Of a stretch of 64,000 nt of DNA, positions 57,807 to 64,000 are shown in pieces. Below the pieces are notes generated by a model. It was not told the DNA's origin and ran no database searches. It worked only from the letters and a program-made list of their open reading frames with translations. Numbering within the stretch: position 1 is the first letter of the stretch; each line of letters starts with the position of its first letter. The translations under genes were made by a program, and so were the position numbers. The DNA is from Paraspadella gotoi (Eukaryota; Animalia; Chaetognatha), in assembly GCA_051294375.1 (NCBI GenBank), contig CM119267.1:24625783-24689782 (forward strand). Direction: 5' to 3'.

Positions 57807-60102
57807 TTCCTCCTTTGACTGGAAAAGAGAAGGAGAAATTCGAGAAATGCAAATCAGAAATTCTTCTCTGGGTTTCGAGGAAATATTACGTTTGTGAGTT
57901 AATTCGGTCGATCAGTCAATCTATATATAGATTTACTAATCAATTATTCAATCAATCGATCAATCAGTCACTTTATTTATTAATCAATCAATTAATCAAT
58001 CAAAAAAAATCGCAAAATCAGTCTTTGATCATTTAATTAAAAATTGATCTATCACTCAATCAATCCACATTTTTTTTAACAGATTGGAATTTGAAAGAAA
58101 ACATGGGAGATATGTGCAAAGCGCCAAGTAAATTTTAGGGAAGGAGGGGATGAAATGTGATATGATATGTGCAAAGCGCTATGTAAAGGGACGGAGGGAA
58201 TGAAATGTGATATGATATGTGCAAAGCGCTATGTAAGGGATGAAATGTAATATGATATGTGCAAAGCGCTATATAAAGGGACGGAGGGGATGAAATGAGA
58301 TTTGATATGTGCAAAGCGCTATGTAAGGGAGAGAGGAGATGAAATGTGATATGATATGTGCAAAGCGTTATGTAAAGGGAGGGAGGAGATGAAATGAGAT
58401 ATGATATGTGCAAAGCACTATGTAAAGGAACGGAGGGGATGAAATGAGATATGATATTTGCAAAGCGCTATGTAAAGGGACGGAGGGGATGAAATGAGAT
58501 ATGATATGTGCAAAGCGTTATGTAAAGGGACGGAGGGGATGAAATGTGATATGATATGTGCAAAGTGCAAAAAAGATCTGCTCACGGTCATTAAGCGGAA
58601 AGCATCTAATCAGATGATAAGTTGAGGATTCATCTTAAAAAATCCGCAGTGAAGCGATATTTTTGGGTTTGTTTTTTTTTTCTATTTTGGGTTGTTTTTT
58701 TTCTATTTTTGGGTTTTTTTTTTTCTGTTTGTTTTTTTTTCTATATTTTTGGGTTTTTTTTTTCTATTTTTGGGTTTTTTTTTTCTATTTTTGGGTTTGT
58801 TTTTTTTTTCTATTTTTGGGGGTTTTTTTATTTGGGTGTTTTCGGGTTGTTTTTTTTTTGTCTATTTTTGGGGTTTTTTTTCTATTTTTTGGTTTGTTTT
58901 TTTTTCTATTTTTGGTTTTTTTTTTTTCTATTTTTGGGGTTTTTGGGGGTTTTTTTTCTATTTTTGGGGTTTTTTTTTTTCTATTTTTGGTTTTTATGGG
59001 GCTTTTTTTTCTATTTAAACTCATTTATACTTATACGATTCCATCGAAACTTGATTTCCAGCTAAATACCCCAGTTCCTTAACCACATACATAATTTAAA
59101 GTTAATCGCCCGATCCACTTATGAGTAATTGTATTTCACTGCTAAGAATAGATGGACAGACAAACAGACAGACAGACTGACAGGGACAGAATGACGGATA
59201 TACATTTTTTTAGCATAATCTTTTCGAATTTGATGTTCTGAGATGATCTGTATGATTTACCATCAAGATTTTGGGGTGGGACTGACGGAACAACAAAATG
59301 GAATAGAGCCGGAATCTGAGAGGTATATAAACAGATCCAGCTAATAATGTTAAATAAACCGAATTAAAGTGGATTAACCAATATAAAAATTAATTATTTA
59401 TTCAATCAATAAATTGTTCCCCGAATTTTTGCAAGCTGTTATAGTTGATATAAGTCACAGAGGAAGAGCGTGGTCTCTATTGAAATTAGATTTAAATTTA
59501 AATTTAGATGAAATGACGCTTAATAGCAATAATAGTAATAATAGTAATAATACTAACGACATCTCGTTTTTTGTTCTTTGCAGCCGGTGCGATGGTGGCC
59601 CAGTGCGATTCTTACAAAAAGATTTGGGATTTGGGAGATATTTTCGACAACGGAAGAATGTGAGATGTGGAAAAGTGATTCGCTTAACTGACTCGTGTAA
59701 TTTAAAAGTTTATATTTAAAAATATTGCTGAAAAAAAATATTGAATTGCCAATTGATCCATTTTCAAATAAACAAATCAAAAAAGGTAAAATTTTTCATT
59801 TTATTTTGCTTAAAACTTATATATGTTTTTAGAAACTTGTAATTAAAAAAACGATGTTCTTTTTTTATTTTTGCTCAGAAAAGTGAAGCCACCGACCGAC
59901 TCAAATCCTCGCGGAGAAAATTGGGAACAAATGGCGGACATAATGGACTCTTGGGTGAGAGGTGAAAGTCTTGATGTGAATGGTGAGAAATTCGGGAAAA
60001 TGTGATTTAAAATGGTAGTGTGATAATGGTAGTTTGGGATTGGTTTGAGCTTTGGATTTAAGTAATGATTTATCTCTACCTATAAGATTATTTATTTCTT
60101 TG

Positions 60103-60193
<91 letters not shown>

Positions 60194-60404
60194 CATTAAT
60201 ATTATTTTTACATATCATTTTTATTTTTATAATTTTGATAATTTATTATCATTAAGATTATTTATAATCCCTGGCTACACAATGGAGCCCAAGGACGGGT
60301 GCTCGGGGGAAAAGTATCTCGCTCGGACGATGGATTACAAAACCTACAATTTTTGTAAAGATAAAGGACTTTGTTTTTGCGGGTGCAAGAGACTGCGGCC
60401 ATGA

Positions 60405-60484
<80 letters not shown>

Positions 60485-60652
60485 CACTCATCCCAACCCT
60501 GTCTCAATGTTTTTAAACAGTTTCGTTCTGCTGGATAATTTGGGAAGGAATACATCACGCCCAAAGTAAAGATTAAAGATTAATTAATTTATTTAAATTA
60601 TTAAAAGTTCATCCCTTATATAACTTCCATTTCTCTTTCCTATCCTCAATCA

Positions 60653-60724
<72 letters not shown>

Positions 60725-62290
60725 CCTCCTCTCTCCTCCCCTATGATAAGCCTCGTCCCATGGCGCGACTTTTCAGAAATTATCTCCGATCGGCTGAAAA
60801 GAAGAACTGTCGACCGACGGAAAAGCCGATCGACGCGAAAAAGTTGCCCGTCTGCAGAAGGGAAAAGAGCGGTCCGTATCTTAATCAATCGGTGGGATAG
60901 GCAAATTAATCAAAAACATTATTAGTAAGTTTATTTATTAATTTTGATCCTCGTCAGTAAATTAGTTAAATATGCTCTTTAATATTTTTGTGAAGGTCAT
61001 TATTATCATCGTCATCATCTGCAGAATCTTTGTCATCATCTGCATCATCATCTGCATCATTGTCTTTAGTATCATTAGTATCGCCGCAAATCAACCCGAG
61101 CTATGATCTCTCGCAATCATCTGTACATTCACATTATCTGCGTCATCATCTCTATCTCAGATTATCTGGAGGGCTACAAAGATTGGCGAGTCAAGTCGAG
61201 CGACGTCGCCTTTCGTCGTCTCGACAAATCGGCCGTCGGGTCGCCCTTTAACGAGGAGTCTATGGCATACGAGGGTGCGAAGGAGGGAGGGAGGAAGAGG
61301 GGAGAAGGGGAAGGGGAGGAAGGGAGGGAAGGATAGGGGGAGGAAGGGAGAGAGGATGAGAGAGCGTTGGAAGAGAAAAGGAGAATGGAAGGGAAGTGAG
61401 AAAGGAAAAGAAAGATAAAAATTGTTGTGATTCTCCATCCCTCCATACCTTGATGTTGTGATTCTCCATCCCTCCATACCTTGATGTTGTGATTCTCCAT
61501 CCCTCCAGCCATTCAACGCCTCCCCGGATGTGGTGATAAACTCTGGGGCTGGAGTCACGTCGACCGGAAGCTGCGACTCGGCGCTTCCGTCGCCATTTGT
61601 ATTTTGGCCTTCATCGGTGAGAGTCGTCGTCGTCGTAGTCGTCGTCGTCGCTGAGCAACTCTATAAGTTACTTTTCGGTCGGTCGGTCGGTTCTGTCCAT
61701 TAGTCTGTCCTACTTACGTTAAAAATGCTCATAACTTGCATATATTTGGTTATAATCTAAGGGACTGCTAGCGCCGCCTTAAGTAAATCCTAAAACTATA
61801 AAGAATAAAAGACGTAACTCCAATGCAGTACGTATCATAAATATAAATACAATATAAAAAATATTTGTTGTAGATAAATTTTATTGTCATAGAGTCATGT
61901 GATCACAGGGAAATATACGTGAAAAGAAAGTCACTGCGGCGCAACACATTGGATGGACCCATCTTGTTTTTATTGATGTTTTTTTTTCTTTCAGTTTTGG
62001 AAGTTTTTCTAAGTTTTTGTTTCATCACCGAAAACAACGTCGCCGAACTCAGAGAAGCGGAGGAGAAGAGGGTGACAGTTTATTTTAAAGCATTAATAAT
62101 ATATATCCATTTGTGACATTGATAAAAATCGTTCAGGCGAAAGAAGAATTACAAAAGAGGCAAAAGACTTTACCTGTAACAACGAAACAGGAGGAAAAGG
62201 TCTTGATCCTTATTTTATTTATTTTTTTTTAAACGAATTTACGAAATTGAAGTGACAAAAGAGGAGAAAGAGGCGGCCATGCGTAGATAG
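57807..62290 (+). CDS. Tetraspanin 3' exons, copy 2 (mostly in frame)
   Basis: Exons 57807-57893, 59584-59659, 60257-60405, 60751-60924, 61161-61274, 61509-61616 (LPGCGDKLWGWSHVDRKLRLGASVAICILAFI), 61995-62071 (VLEVFLSFCFIT), 62137-62199; probable stop near 62290. Confidence 0.65.
58110..58570. repeat. ~50-bp minisatellite (garbled counterpart at 50230-50860)
   Basis: atgtgcaaagcgctatgtaaagggacggaggggatgaaatgagatatgat units. Confidence 0.85.
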
Positions 62291-63702
62291 CCTCCCAGTG
62301 TTCTTAAAAAAAATTTTTGTCAGTTGTCTTGATTTCCGTAACTTCGGTACCTGCGGTAGGCTTGCTACAGGCCTGTCAAACTTTTGCAAAGAGCGTTCCG
62401 ACCAGGGCTAGAACACTAGGTTCGGAGATAAAGCGTTAAGAGGGCGCTGATGAAAGGAAAAGTTGTGGGCGCGAAGTGGGATCCTCCGTAACTTCTGTGC
62501 CCCCTAAGCAGCAATGGAACGATTAGTGGGCTTGGAGCCAGGCTTGAGGGTTTTCCACGCCCTAAATGTGATTTAGGTACGTTAGGTACCGAGTTTTTTA
62601 ATTTTCTTTTAAAAAAAATTAAAAACTGATCCATTTGTTTATTTGTTTTTGAATTAGCAATGGATGAATGACATGTTTAAGAAAATAAACAACACGGAAC
62701 AAAGTCAAAGTCAAACGTCGACAAAGAAAAAATGAGTTTAGAATTCGTCTTTATTTTTTTTTTTTTTGTAGTTATATTTTGTTTCTTTCTTTTTTTTTAA
62801 CAAATGTTTTTGTTAAATTTTTTTTTCGAACTTTACATTTTTGCCTAAAAACTTAAAATTTTTAATTAGGTTAGTTTTGAAATGAAAAAATTAGGTTATA
62901 TTTTGCGGATAGGGATATGGTTAGCGATTCGGGTTAGGGATTAGGGTTAGACTTTAGGGTTAGGAACTAGGTTAGGGTATTAGGGATTTGGTTAAGAGAT
63001 TAGGGTTCAATATTTAGGTTAAAATTAAGTTTAGGAATTAGGAACAGAAGTTAGGCTTTTACGGAAAATTGAGCAAAATTTTCAAAAAATCATGACATCT
63101 ATGTAAATGTAAATAGAATGTAATATAATGTAATGTAACAGTAAATAATGACAACTATGAAAGAGGTGTTGGAAACTTGGAACTGAAAATCCATTTTAAT
63201 TTGGTCGAGTTTATCTTTTATCGTGGATGTAACAACGATTCTATCTAGCTCGGTGTTGCGATCACTGACCCTGTGTTTTATTGACCGACTTAAAAAAAAA
63301 TTAATATTACGTTTTATTGGCGTCATAAAAATACAAAAAGGGCTCGTATTAGCATGGGTTCGGTTTGCACCGTACGATTTTTTTCATACCTGTATAAGTC
63401 CTATATTTCGTTATTGGAAAAATAAGGTTGTAAAAAAGAATGGTAATCAAAATGAGAATATAACGGCACAGTGAAATACCTCACAAATCACCTCACGAAA
63501 CGAGAGCGAGTGATTTTGAAAAATAAAATAAAAATTACTGTGGATATAAAATTTTTAAAAAAGTCAAAACATTTAATTTTTTTATTTTATTTCTTTCCTC
63601 TTTTTCTTCATAATCTCTCCCTTTTCTCTCTCTGTCTCTCTCTCTATCTCTTTCCCTCCCTCCGTTGCCCTCTATCTCTCTCTCTCTCCCTATCAGTCTC
63701 CC

Positions 63703-63921
63703 TCACCACTCCCTCCCCATCAACTCCTCCATCCTCCCCCTCGTCTTCTCCATCAATTCCTCCCTCCACTTCGCCGCATCTTTGTCTTCCGCGAATTTCT
63801 TGCAGTTCATTCCGAAATCCACGAGGCAAGGGCGATGGTGATGAATGAGGGCGATAGATGGCGGGACAGAGAACGTGGGGGCGTGACCCGGTAGAGGGCG
63901 GGACACGTGGTGGATGCCCAT
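63703..63921 (-). CDS. GT92-like terminal exon, copy 2
   Basis: Acceptor ccttttttgtcAG then MGIHHVSRPLPGHAPTFSVPPSIALIHHHRPCLVDFGMNCKKFAEDKDAAKWREEL. Confidence 0.6.
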   Translation of the reverse strand: MGIHHVSRPLPGHAPTFSVPPSIALIHHHRPCLVDFGMNCKKFAEDKDAAKWREELMEKTRGRMEELMGREW

Positions 63922-64000
63922 CTGACAAAAAAGGAGGGATGGGACATAATTTAAATTTTTATTTTTTCAAATTAATTAATGACGGGGTAAACTATGAAAT

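Larger units (their letters stand above)
57790..64000 (+). repeat. Tandem segmental duplicate of ~49925-56550 (unit about 7.8 kb)
   Basis: Colinear match of exons, introns and repeats to the window end; differences are mostly single-base indels. Confidence 0.92.

Noticed and set aside
60997-61105. Hydrophobic frame VIIICIIVFSIISIA as tetraspanin TM4
   Set aside because: Derives from an (ATC)n-like repeat; a much better TM4 preceded by the GC motif lies at 61509-62071.

Overview
Intron-rich, microsatellite-rich invertebrate animal genomic DNA from a draft assembly with four N-gaps; sequence after about 49.7 kb is visibly indel-noisy. Genes rebuilt by hand from GT-AG splice sites and exon phase: a PhyH-family Fe(II)/2-oxoglutarate dioxygenase (+, about 5.7-10.4 kb), a CDKL2-like kinase (-, 10.6-22.0 kb, one 1-nt frameshift), an initiator tRNA-Met (24.9 kb), a poorly resolved orphan gene with a C-terminal TM helix (-, 25.7-29.9 kb), a complete GH29 alpha-L-fucosidase (+, 35.8-39.0 kb), a tetraspanin (+, from 40.5 kb) and the 3' end of a GT92-like glycosyltransferase (-, 56.3-57.7 kb). 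The most striking observation is that the tetraspanin TM1-TM3/CCG exons and its 'GC..KL..W'+TM4 exons are separated by a phase-compatible exon chain encoding a Pro/Thr mucin stalk, a QPD-type C-type lectin domain and a further Cys-rich module. This implies a tetraspanin of roughly 830 aa with a roughly 600-aa lectin-bearing large extracellular loop. The region from about 49.9 kb to 57.8 kb is repeated in tandem from 57.8 kb to the window end and may be an assembly artefact. Repeats include a ~270-bp dispersed family (about 9 copies), Helentron/HINE-like elements, LTR-like fragments joined to CCA-bearing tRNA 3' halves, degenerate TTAGGG arrays and many mini/microsatellites. All models are manual and unconfirmed by database searches or RNA data.
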